DNA from: an uncultured archaeon
GTDB taxonomy: Archaea > Asgardarchaeota > Heimdallarchaeia > Heimdallarchaeales > Heimdallarchaeaceae
Direction of reading: 5' to 3'
Assembly (NCBI GenBank): GCA_964534625.1
Contig: CAZHRF010000004.1
Span: 116,941-128,016 of the forward strand
DNA: 11,076 nucleotides
The notes under the pieces are model-generated. The model made no database searches. It worked only from the letters and a program-made list of their open reading frames with translations, and was not told the DNA's origin. How positions within the stretch are numbered: position 1 is the first letter of the stretch; every line of letters begins with the position of its first letter. Shown here in pieces: positions 1-8,927 of this stretch. The translations under genes were made by a program, and so were the position numbers.

Positions 1-2
1 TG

Positions 3-1223
3 ACATATATGTTCCGAGAGGCTTATTCCTTTAACCAACCTATAGGTGCATGGGACACGAGCCAAGTAAACTATTTGAATCATATGTTTCTTAAAGCTTA
101 TTCCTTCAACCAACCTATAGGTGCATGGGACACGAGCCAAGTAACCGATATGCGATATATGTTTTGGAGAGCTTATTCCTTCAACCAACCTATAGGTACA
201 TGGGATACGAGCCAAGTAACAAATATGAGATATATGCTTTCTGAGGCTGATTCTTTTGATCAAGATCTAGGCTCTTGGGATGTCAGTAGTGTTACAGATT
301 TTGATCATAGTTTCGATAATTGTTCTTTGTCAATTGGAAATTATGATAGTCTATTAATAGGCTGGTCCAAATTAACGTTACAATCAGGATTATCATTCGA
401 AGTTCCTGGTGTTCAGTATAGTGGTGCTGCAAAAGCATCCAGACAGATTATTATCTCTCTATATGAGTGGATAATTAATGACGGTGGTTTGTATGAAAAT
501 ACTGAAGATCCTTTGATTACCAATGTCTATCATACACCATCTTCTCCTACTGGTCAAGACAATATTCTTATCAGTTCAACTGTTACAGATAATGTTGCAG
601 TAGGTCATGTTTCACTATATTATCGCATTAATGGTGGAGACTGGCAACCTATTACGATGAATGACAATGGCCATTTCTATACTGCTACCATTGGTCCTTT
701 TGTTGAAGGTTCCACTATTGATTACTATATCTATGCAGAAGACACCAGTAAAAATAATGTTATCAGTGAAACAAAAACCCTTACAGTCATTGATACTCAA
801 CCACCCGTCATCTCTAATATCACTCATTCACCCATTTTACCAGATCAAAACCAGTTAATAACTATTGGTGCTAATATTACCGATAATATCGAATTAGAGA
901 CAGTTACACTATATTATCGTATTAATGATGATATCTGGAAATTAATCCCAATGGGTTCAACAGGTGTTTTTTATAGTACACTAATTGGCCCATTTACAGA
1001 CAATGGTTTCCTTGAGTATTATATTTATGCTGAAGATAGTAGTGGTAATAGTGTAGAAAGTGATATTAAACGTATAACCATCCAAGATAATTATGCTTTA
1101 GGTACTTGGAATTTTGATTATATCTCAACAGCTATAGGTGTAACAGCAGGAATAGTTGTTGTTGGATCAATTGTAGGTATTATCACTTTGGTAAGGAGTG
1201 GTGCAAAGGGTAAGAAAAAATGA
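3..1223 (+). CDS. DUF285/BspA-like repeat surface protein with two Ig-like repeats and a C-terminal membrane anchor (5'-partial)
   Basis: 25-aa repeats [17 protein letters not shown] typical of DUF285. Two related ~96-aa beta-rich domains (P.I.N..H.P...V.LYYRIN...W...IGPF....YYIYAED.S.N). Hydrophobic C-terminal helix followed by KGKKK. The frame is open from the window edge. Confidence 0.88.
   Translation, partial: TYMFREAYSFNQPIGAWDTSQVNYLNHMFLKAYSFNQPIGAWDTSQVTDMRYMFWRAYSFNQPIGTWDTSQVTNMRYMLSEADSFDQDLGSWDVSSVTDFDHSFDNCSLSIGNYDSLLIGWSKLTLQSGLSFEVPGVQYSGAAKASRQIIISLYEWIINDGGLYENTEDPLITNVYHTPSSPTGQDNILISSTVTDNVAVGHVSLYYRINGGDWQPITMNDNGHFYTATIGPFVEGSTIDYYIYAEDTSKNNVISETKTLTVIDTQPPVISNITHSPILPDQNQLITIGANITDNIELETVTLYYRINDDIWKLIPMGSTGVFYSTLIGPFTDNGFLEYYIYAEDSSGNSVESDIKRITIQDNYALGTWNFDYISTAIGVTAGIVVVGSIVGIITLVRSGAKGKKK
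21..218 (+). repeat. 75-bp tandem coding repeats (DUF285 units)
   Basis: Near-identical 48-bp block gcttattcctt(t/c)aaccaacctataggt(g/a)catggga(c/t)acgagccaagta at 21, 96 and 171, separated by 27-bp variable segments. Confidence 0.92.
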
Positions 1224-1236
1224 CCAATAGGTTGGA

Positions 1237-1273
1237 TTTTTACTTACTTTTTTACTTTTTCTATTTTTCTTTT
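1237..1273 (+). terminator. T-rich archaeal-type terminator region between convergent genes
   Basis: Several T5-T6 runs directly after the stop at 1223. Confidence 0.4.
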
Positions 1274-1313
1274 AAGTTAAATATTTCATATTAGTAATCG
1301 TTCTAGTCTTCAT

Positions 1314-1616
1314 TTACTGTTTAACTACTAATTCATCTGGTGTCAATAAGTAATCTTTTTCTAACCACAAAAAATGTTTTGTATTGAATGTAATAAGTTT
1401 AGCTTGATCAATCTGTGCTTGTGTGCCTATGATAAAGTCTCTTGCACCCATATGATCTGAAATGATTAAAAGGTCAATATCGCTTTTATAATTGCTTTTT
1501 CCTTTTGTTATGGATCCGAATAGAATAACAGCATTTATTTCGAAATTATTTTCAAGTTTTTCTAAATATTCTTTTAGTATAGATTCTTCATCTGGTTTCA
1601 ATTTCTGATTTAACAT
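1314..1616 (-). CDS. Minimal nucleotidyltransferase (MNT antitoxin) N-half, apparently fused to a PIN-domain C-terminal fragment
   Basis: Residues 1-55 carry the Pol-beta motif VILFGS..KG......DIDLLII. Residues 56-100 (ARDFIIGTQAQIDQAKLITFNTKHF) match the PIN C-terminal pattern D..I...A......L.T.N..HF. Overlaps the 3' end of the HEPN gene. Confidence 0.7.
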   Translation of the reverse strand: MLNQKLKPDEESILKEYLEKLENNFEINAVILFGSITKGKSNYKSDIDLLIISDHMGARDFIIGTQAQIDQAKLITFNTKHFLWLEKDYLLTPDELVVKQ

Positions 1617-1980
1617 AATTCAAAACCTCTTTTGCATCTTTTATGGCTTGATTTGATTGACTTCTGGTGAATTTTTCTGATGGAGAACCTGATGAAAAAG
1701 CATCTGGATATCTAGTCGGAATATAATAAAGATTTAGTCTTGCACAAGCATTTACTAATTCCTCTGGTATATCAATACTATCTTGCAATTTTATAATTAA
1801 ATCTGTTAAATCATGACCCCATCCAGGTTTGTTAAGAGATTCCAAAAAAGCGTTTAAAGCTTTTTCTGCTACTTGATGTGAAATAAAACAAACCCAAGCA
1901 TACTTCTCATGCTGAACAAGAGTTTCTGCTGTTTCAAAATCGAATTCAGCTTGTTTTATCCAATCATGTGAACGTTCCAT
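1588..1980 (-). CDS. HEPN domain protein (HEPN-MNT toxin-antitoxin)
   Basis: W...A..D...A, CF.SHQ.AEKAL.A, GHDL..L, L...YIPTRYPD: the archaeal HEPN signature. Adjacent to MNT. Confidence 0.92.
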   Translation of the reverse strand: MERSHDWIKQAEFDFETAETLVQHEKYAWVCFISHQVAEKALNAFLESLNKPGWGHDLTDLIIKLQDSIDIPEELVNACARLNLYYIPTRYPDAFSSGSPSEKFTRSQSNQAIKDAKEVLNYVKSEIETR

Positions 1981-2088
1981 ATGTACAATAAGTAATTTGT
2001 TTATTATATGTTTTCTTTTGAAAGCTAAGGGTAAAATTAGCTTTGTTTGAATGTCCTTATTTTAGTTGAGAATTGAGAATCCCACCAA

Positions 2089-2300
2089 ACATGATCATTA
2101 AAAGATCCAATGTTAGTGGAATAAATAGAACTATTGGCTTTCATTTGCACCACTTACCAGAACATTTGTTAACACGAAAGTACAACTCTACGCCATATAA
2201 TAGTGTCATTGGGGGATGTTGGAATAAAATCGATAGAAGCTATGAAAGGTGGAGTTGTATCTTCTCCTGCGTCGGTTATCGTCCAATTAAAGCTGTCAAT
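2089..2300 (-). pseudogene. Relic of a paralogue of the DUF285 surface protein (DUF285 end plus Ig-like domain)
   Basis: Minus-strand translation across two frameshifts and a stop gives IDSFNWTITDAGEDTTPPFIASIDFIPTSPNDT / LYGVELYFRVNK / W*VVQMKANSSIYSTNIGSFND. This aligns with YEWIINDGG and [14 protein letters not shown]...[17 protein letters not shown]...[11 protein letters not shown] of the 3..1223 protein. Confidence 0.7.
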
Positions 2301-2383
2301 TTTGTGATTATTATCACATAATTCTTTTAGAATTTTTTACCCAAAAGAGAAGATATAAGTAATCACATCTTTCAAACTGATTC

Positions 2384-3019
2384 ATGGTCTCAAAGAATGA
2401 ACTTTTTTCCAGAGCTCTAGAAGTAATAAGTGATCTTCTAGAAGGAAATAACAGGTTTGTTAATGAAACTTGTACTGCAAACTTAACTAGATCGCGTAGA
2501 TTAGAACTATTAAAAGGTCAAGAACCAATAGCTACGATTTTAACATGTAGTGATTCTCGCGTAATGCCTGGATATATCTTTGATCAAGGTCTCGGTAACC
2601 TATTTATTATTCGAACTGCTGGTGAAGCTCTAGATGACATTAGTTTAGCTAGTCTAGAGTATGGTGTTGAACATCTAAAGACTCCTTTACTCGTTGTATT
2701 GGGACATACTGATTGTGGCGCTGTTAAAGCCACTGTATCTAATGCAAATGTTAATGGCCATCTTCCGTTGTTGATAGAGAAAATAAACCCAGCAGTCACT
2801 TGTTGTAAAAATATTTACAGAACATCTGATGGGTTATTTTGTAATGAAGTTAGTAAAGAAAATGTCCTTGAAATTGCTGAAATTCTTCCCTCTCTTTCAG
2901 AACCAATCCAAGATGCTGTAAACAATAAGTCAACAGTAATTATTCCTGCTATGTATGATTTAGAATCTGGAAAAGTTGAAATCTTATTTGATGTAAAATC
3001 ACACTTAAAAAATATATAA
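2384..3019 (+). CDS. Beta-class carbonic anhydrase
   Basis: Zn-ligand motifs CSDSRV and HTDCGAV, plus L.EGN.RF, GQ.P, GLGNLF.IRTAG, SLEYGV..L and YDL.SG.V. Confidence 0.95.
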   Translation: MVSKNELFSRALEVISDLLEGNNRFVNETCTANLTRSRRLELLKGQEPIATILTCSDSRVMPGYIFDQGLGNLFIIRTAGEALDDISLASLEYGVEHLKTPLLVVLGHTDCGAVKATVSNANVNGHLPLLIEKINPAVTCCKNIYRTSDGLFCNEVSKENVLEIAEILPSLSEPIQDAVNNKSTVIIPAMYDLESGKVEILFDVKSHLKNI

Positions 3020-3121
3020 TCGTAAACTCAAAAAATAGTTACAGATTGAGCTGCTAGAATCTTTATAACAAACAAGTACTTGAAAATATATAACTAAACA
3101 TGTTTATCAAATAATATTAGT

Positions 3122-3697
3122 TTATCTATCCTCTTTTTTTTTATCAAGGAAAGAATGCACTTGGTTGATAATGTCCTCTATTATATCCTGTATTCCCATT
3201 TTTTGGCCCCTTCTTCGTAGTTGTTCTATACATATACGATCCCTATTTCGTACAAAAACTGCTAAAGCGTCTTCTATGTCTTGTTCAGAACCAAATTTGG
3301 CTTTCCATAAAATAGTATTTTCTGGATGAGAAATTTTTACTTTAATACCATTGTAAATTTCATCAATAGCCATATCAATACTTTTTTTATCCTCAGACGA
3401 ATAAATACCTTTTAGATCAATACGAAACATTCCTTCCTTAAGAAAGAAAGTACAATGAGATTGTTCATCTAAACCTAGTAAATCATTTAAGGTAGCATCA
3501 AAACCATTATTTTGTAAAAAATCAATAAAATGTTGTCGATCTAATTGATGATGATCAATAATGATATCAATATCCATTGTCATACGAGTTCTGCCAGTGA
3601 CGATAACAGAAACTCCACCCACTATTACATAGGGAATAGACTGGGTGGAGAAATAAGCACAGAGTTTTTTGAGTGATTTGGAGATAGGATCAATCAT
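3122..3697 (-). CDS. Nucleotidyltransferase-fold protein (DUF6036/AbiEii-like)
   Basis: YVIVGGVSV..TGR.R.T.DIDII motif; C-terminal PE..I..K...G...D..DA. Confidence 0.8.
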   Translation of the reverse strand: MIDPISKSLKKLCAYFSTQSIPYVIVGGVSVIVTGRTRMTMDIDIIIDHHQLDRQHFIDFLQNNGFDATLNDLLGLDEQSHCTFFLKEGMFRIDLKGIYSSEDKKSIDMAIDEIYNGIKVKISHPENTILWKAKFGSEQDIEDALAVFVRNRDRICIEQLRRRGQKMGIQDIIEDIINQVHSFLDKKKEDR

Positions 3698-3881
3698 TAT
3701 TTTTTCTACTCCTCTTTTTACGAATTTTTTCTAATGATAAACAAAACTTAATGAAATTTGAGGCTTCTTTAGTTAATTCATCGGTAGTGAATTGTCTAGC
3801 CCTATATGCTGTCTCCATCACTTCTAGCCTCCTTTGATAGATTCTCTTCTCTTTCTGTGTCTTTACAGTATCTTCCATCAT
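3690..3881 (-). CDS. Small basic helical protein, probable partner of the nucleotidyltransferase
   Basis: 63-aa ORF overlapping the start of the NTase by 8 bp, a TA-like two-gene layout. No recognisable motif. Confidence 0.55.
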   Translation of the reverse strand: MMEDTVKTQKEKRIYQRRLEVMETAYRARQFTTDELTKEASNFIKFCLSLEKIRKKRSRKNND

Positions 3882-4032
3882 AATAGAATAGTTTCGGGAT
3901 TAAATAAAGTTTGCTTCGTGTAAATCAGGATGGCAATTTTAACATCGTTAAGTGCAACCCTTTATAATCTTGGAAAAAATGAAAACAGAAAAGCCTACAA
4001 ATAAAACAAAAATATTATCATACTTATGTAAG

Positions 4033-4212
4033 GTAAGTGTTTCATCCCCTATTTAGATTAGACCAATAAAGAAACGGAGGCACATTTATGTGAAGAAAAT
4101 AAACAATTTCAAATAAACCTCGGAATTTATGAAATATATCACCAACAGTTCTCCCTTCAACTGACGCCTAGGGGTGAAAAACGTACTATGTAAGTGTTTC
4201 ATCCCCTATTTA
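4033..4212. repeat. Direct and inverted repeat cluster (MITE-like element or recombination site)
   Basis: gtaagtgtttcatcccctattta occurs exactly at 4033-4055 and 4190-4212. An imperfect inverted copy taggggtgaaaaacgtac lies at 4169-4186. Confidence 0.75.
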
Positions 4213-4467
4213 CATTAAACTAGGAACAAAACGGAGAAACGGACTGTAAGGAAAATAAATCCGTATTGGAACCATTGAAAAGTAGGGGTTGTTTAGACTA
4301 GTTTTAACCTTAAGGTTTAAACGGGTATACCTTCTTGGATAGTCTCCTATACAAGTACTTCCCACTTTATCGGCAGTTGAAAAGATAAAAAGTTCTAATG
4401 GAAAAAGCAAAAAGTGTAATCGGTGTTGAATTGACACATAATGTTTTTATAACGTGAAAATAAAAAA

Positions 4468-4897
4468 AAAGAGAATAACTCAGAAAGGCAAAATTTTCTA
4501 GTTTAAGTAGACGAACAGTAAACACACTCAAATAAGAAATCAAATGGGTCTATACACATGTATTCACCCAGCCACTGACTGATGAAATGAAGGATATATT
4601 AAAGAGAGAACAATTAACCCCTATAGGAACGACTATACCAACCCAAGTGTTCAAGAAGGTTATACAAACAATAACTGATCCATCTTTAGGTGTGGCACTC
4701 CAGCTAGTATATGTAACAGGCATACGCCCACATGAACTATTATCATCCATCTGAAAGGGACAGACCTTCTAGCATGGGCACAAAAAGGCAGAAAAGATGA
4801 AAGGAAAACTATGAACCCTATGAACCCATCTATAAACGAAGAAGAACAGCAAGAGAAGGGGACAGAGTTACAAAGGTTGTTATATCGTTCTTCCTAA
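4468..4897 (+). pseudogene. Tyrosine recombinase (Xer/Int family) fragment including the catalytic-Arg box I
   Basis: Reads SLSRRTVNTLK*EIKWVYTHVF...LGVALQLVYVTGIRPHELLS, then after a frameshift HLKGTDLL, i.e. L..TG.R..EL..L...D. Lesions: 1-nt deletion near 4495, TAA at 4533-4535, frameshift near 4747. No HxxR/Tyr box II. Confidence 0.82.
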
Positions 4898-4943
4898 TCT
4901 CATCCCACCATTTATTGTGTGTGTTTTCTTTTTACGTTGATAT

Positions 4944-7576
4944 CTATTGGTTAATAGTACAGCTGGAGTTCTTCTTTTTTATCTCTTTCAGTATCTCTTT
5001 TGCTTGCTGGTTCAAGGGATTACTTCTTACATCTAACCAGGTTAATTTTTCTAGTTGAATCAAACTCTCTGGGAGCGAGGTTAACTGATTATCTCTTAAA
5101 TACAGTTTCTGGAGGTTTTTCAGCTCATTTATACTTGCTGGGAGCGCGAGTAACTGGTTATTGCTTAAATACAGTTCCTGGAGGTTCTCGAGCCAGGTTA
5201 TACTTATTGGGAGCGAGTGTAACTGATTTGAGCTTAAATGTAGTGTTTGGAGGTTTTTGAGCCCACTTATACTCTCCGGGAGAAAGAGTAAATTATTCCA
5301 ACTTAAATTCAACTCGTGAAGGTTCTCGAGTTGACTTATATTTGTTGGGAGTGAGATTAACTTATTACCGCCTAAACTTAATGTCTGGAGGTTCTGGGGG
5401 CCACTAAAACTCTCTGGAAAAAAGGTTAACTGGTTCCCATTTAAATTCAGTGTCTGGAGGTTCTTCAGCTCACTTATACTCGGTGGCAGCGAGGTCAGCC
5501 CTTTCTCATATAATCCTAACCCTATTATGGTATTGTCTTGGATGACAACTCCAAACGCGTTTCTGTACATTTTTCCTACTACTGGTATTGTTCTCCCTAT
5601 TTGTTGTTCCAATTCTTCTAAGATGAGAATCTCTTCTTCCTTTACTGTACGCTTCATTACTATATCCTTCAAATCAGCATCTAGTTGTAGATTTAGTGTT
5701 TTTTTGCTGTTCAGTTCTTGTAGCATGTTTAGTGTTGTTCTGTTATATTGATCTAGTGGATTATCCCCTAAATTCAGGTACTGGAGGTTCTTGAGTTCAC
5801 TTATACTCGGTGGCAGCGAGGTCAGCCCTTTCCCATATAATCCTAGTTCTGTTATACTATTGTCTTGGATGACAACTCCAAATGTGTTTCTGTACATTTT
5901 TCCTACTACTGGTATTGTTCTCCCTATTTGTTGTTCTAATTCTTCTAAGATGAGAATCTCTTCTTCCTTTACTGTACGCTTCATTACTATATCCTTCAAA
6001 TCAGCATCTAGTTGTAGATTTAGTGTTTTTTTGCTGTTCAGTTCTTGTAGCATGTTTAGTGTTGTTCTGTTATATTGATCTAGTGGATTGTCTCTTAAAT
6101 TCAGTTGCTGGAGGCTAGTAAGCCTCGTTATACTCGCGGGGAGAGAGTGTAACTGGTTTTCTGATAAATTCAAGTACTGGAGGTTCTTCAGCCTAGTTAT
6201 ACTCGCGGGGAGAGAGTTCAACTGGTTATTGCTTAAATACAGTTTCTGGAGGCTAGTAAGCCTAGTTATACTCGCTGGGAGAGAGTTCAACTGGTTATTG
6301 CTTAAATACAGGTACTGGAGGTTCTTAAGCCTAGTTATACTCGCGGGGAGAGAGGTTAACTGATTTTTACCTAAATTCAGGTACTGGAGGTTCTCGAGCC
6401 CGGTCAAACTCTCTGGGAGAGAATTCAACTTGTTCCATCTTAAATCTAGTGTCTGGAGGTTCTGGAGCCTCGTTATACTCGCTGGGAGAGAGGTTAACTT
6501 ATTTTCTCCTAGATACAAGTCTCGCAAGTTCTCGAGCCTTGTTATACTCTTTGGGAGAGAGGTTAACCTTTTATTATATAGTCCTAGTCCTATTATAGTA
6601 TTGCCTTGGATGACAACTCCAAGGTATTATGGTTTATTTTTTTTACTACTGGTATTACGCCTGTTTCTTTTTCTAATTCTACTAAGCCTATAATCTCTTC
6701 TTCCTTTAGTGTATGCTTGATTTCTGCGTCCTTAAAATTATAATCTAATTGTAGGTCTAGTGTTGGTTGATTGTTCAGTTCTTTTAAGACTTTGAGTGTT
6801 TTTGCGTCAGAACATAGTGGATTTGCCCGTAGATCCAACTCTCGGAGGTTCTCCAGCTTGGTTATACTCGCTGGCAGAGAACGTAACTGATTCCAACGTA
6901 AATCCAGTTTCTGGAGGTTCTTCAGCCCACTTATACTCGCTGGGAGAGAGCGTAACTTGTTACATGATAAATCCAACTTTTGAAGGTTCTTGAGCCCACT
7001 TATACTCGCTGGGAGAGAGCGTAACTTGTTACATGATAAATCCAACTTTTGAAGGTTCTTGAGCCCACTTATACTCGCTGGGAGAGAGCGTAACTGATTT
7101 TCGTACAGAAATAGTTTCTGGAGGTTCTTCAGCCCACTTATACTCGCTGGGAGAGAGCGTAACTGATTTTCGTACAGAAATAGTTTCTGGAGGTTCTTCA
7201 GCCCACTTATACTCGCTGGGAGAGAGCGTAACTCGTTATCGCCTAAATCCAGGTACTGGAGGTTCTTAAGCCTAGTTATACTCGCTGGGAGAGAGTTGAA
7301 CCGATTTTTTCTTAAATTCAACTCTTGAAGGTTCTTAAGCCCACTTATACTCGCTGGGAGAGAGGTTAACCATCTATTATATAATCCTAGTCCTGTTATA
7401 CTATTGTCTTGGATGACAACTCCAAATGTATTATATTTTATCTCTCCTATTATTGGTATGGTTCTCCATACTTGATGTTCTAGTACTTCTAGGATCTCTT
7501 TTTCTTTATTAAACAGTGGTGTTCCCTTGAAAGAACTGATCTTTTCTGCCTCTTTCCTTTCTCTGTTTGATGGCAT
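4944..7576 (-). CDS. Multi-module leucine-rich repeat protein (~877 aa if repaired), split by a 1-nt frameshift at ~6621
   Basis: ORFs 6593..7576 and 4944..6527 join if one base is restored. At 6619-6623 the sequence is ccaag, whereas the three paralogous modules have ccaaa (NTFGVVIQDN). Four cap+LRR modules with 8, 7, 1 and 7 repeats of 23 aa (L.SLP.SI..L.NLQ.L.L..N). Confidence 0.88.
5442..6089 (-). repeat. 327-bp (109-codon) tandem duplication inside the LRR gene
   Basis: 5442-5762 vs 5769-6089. PLDQYNRTTLNML...GRTIPVVGKMYRN is repeated exactly at protein level. Confidence 0.93.
6905..7234 (-). repeat. 69-bp tandem LRR units including two exactly duplicated pairs
   Basis: KLFLYENQLRSLPASISGLKNLQ x2 and KLDLSCNKLRSLPASISGLKNLQ x2, essentially identical in DNA within each pair. 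Confidence 0.93.
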
Positions 7577-7601
7577 TTTCTTCTCTGCTTTTTTATCTTC
7601 A

Positions 7602-7613
7602 CCTTATAAAAAG
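7602..7613 (-). promoter_or_regulatory. Putative TATA box of the LRR gene
   Basis: Minus-strand TTTTTATAA about 30 bp upstream of the ATG at 7576, the usual spacing for near-leaderless archaeal transcripts. Confidence 0.4.
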
Positions 7614-7898
7614 GTTATGTCATCAATAGAAGCCTTATGCTTTGCTTTTTTTCACGTATCATTTGGCTAGTTTTTTAACTTTAAAATGAGCATTTAGATA
7701 TTATAGGTAAATTTTAACTTAATTATCCTTTCTCTCTATACTTGATAAGAAAGGTCTATCATGTTTAGGTTTTCCTCTCATAGGCTTGAGATGGTCTTTT
7801 TTTATCCCTCTCAGCGTATAAAAACTATAAGGCTAGTATAACCATAGGTTATTCATTTTCAAGGTATTTATAAATGAGTATTTTCACCCATAACATAC

Positions 7899-8749
7899 AT
7901 GCAATATCAATATAGACTTCATGGAGAAGAACCTAATTCTGTAGTATTACTTCACGGAGGCCCTGGTGCCTGGGGAGAGATATTTTCTCTCGCAGATCTA
8001 CTAAAAGATAGATATGGACTAATCGAGCCATTTCAAATGCAACCTTCGTTAGATGGGCAACTAGAAGAGTTACATGGTATTATTAAAGAGAACGCTTTCT
8101 CTCCAGTAGCCCATAGGTTTTTAATGGGGTGCTTGGTTGGCTTATTCATTCTCTGCACGATATTCTAGTGAAAAATTAGTTTCTAAACTCATTCTAATAG
8201 GTAGTGGCTCATACACAAAGACTATTATAATGAACTAGTTATAAATCCAAGAGAACGAACGAATACAGCCCAATTAAGACTTTCTGAACAATTATTTACT
8301 GATATTAACAATCCCCTAATCAATGACAAAGAAAGTATTATTCTTTCATTAGGAAAATTATATCATTATATCGACCAATATGACCCCGAACCTTTTGAAT
8401 CGGCAGAACTTGTGGATCTTCCCTTTTCAAGCTACCAAGTTGATCGAAGCACATTTTTTAATCAATGTTTGAATGAAGTTATATAAATGCGCAAATCTGG
8501 AGAATTATTAGACTATGCTAAAAAAATCACTATACCTGTTGTGGCAATTCATGAGTTCTTTTGGGTACTTTTGGGTACGTGACCCATGGTGTGTATGATC
8601 CTCATCCTGCAGATGGTGTTATTAAACCTCTAAGAGAGACTATTGCTAATTTTCAATGGCATTTGTTAAAAAAATGTGGTCACAAACCTTGGAAGGAAAA
8701 ACAAGCGAAAGAAGATTTTTATCACGTTCTTAAGAGTGTAATTAACTGA
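7899..8749 (+). pseudogene. Alpha/beta hydrolase pseudogene
   Basis: VLLHGGPG; after a frameshift IGF*WGAWLA (G-x-S-x-G with the Ser codon now TAA, 8122-8124); KLILIGS; a second frameshift near 8218; TAA at 8484; ITIPVVAIH [35-bp insert] GVYDPHP; CGHKPW.E. Confidence 0.88.
8550..8588. other. 31-bp insertion flanked by a CATG duplication
   Basis: catg-agttcttttgggtacttttgggtacgtgacc-catg. Removing 35 bp restores VVAIHGVYDPHP in frame. Confidence 0.75.
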
Positions 8750-8927
8750 ACTCCCCCACCCAAAGGTAGATATTTTACTTTTCTACGAAGGTTGCCCATA
8801 ACTATAATTCTTTTATCCTCTTTTCAGGCTTCGTTATTATTTTAAATATTGATTTTCTGATTTATTGAATGAAGAAACTTCTTCTGCCATTGTTTACCTT
8901 TGCTTGTTAAACTAATATTTTTGACTA

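Noticed and set aside
615-858. ORFs 615..827 (-) and 661..858 (+)
   Set aside because: Nested in the surface-protein gene, with no motifs.
2073-2321. 82-aa plus-strand ORF
   Set aside because: TTG start, no motif, and the opposite strand is better explained as a surface-protein relic.
2584-2799. 71-aa minus-strand ORF
   Set aside because: Antisense to the carbonic anhydrase.
1224-4030. Integron attC sites between the small genes
   Set aside because: No convincing RYYYAAC...GTTRRRY paired hairpins seen by eye, and gene orientation is mixed.
4210-4750. Minus-strand ORFs 4210..4437 and 4550..4750
   Set aside because: No recognisable features; the second is antisense to the recombinase relic.
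4809-4826. 9-bp tandem ctatgaacc x2
   Set aside because: Probably a slippage duplication in a decaying pseudogene.
5000-6993. Plus-strand ORFs (5000, 5527, 5791, 6088, 6430, 6796)
   Set aside because: Antisense shadows of the repetitive LRR gene.
6100-7380. CRISPR-like constant/variable 69-bp periodicity
   Set aside because: Units are in-frame LRR codons, the variable parts are homologous to each other, and there are no cas genes.
4944-7576. Diversity-generating retroelement as the source of LRR variation
   Set aside because: No reverse transcriptase in the window, and the differences between units are not confined to adenines.
8746-8832. tgaactcccccacccaaaggt, loosely like an IS200/IS605 terminal hairpin
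   Set aside because: The second hairpin arm is absent and no tnpA/tnpB is nearby; too degenerate to call.
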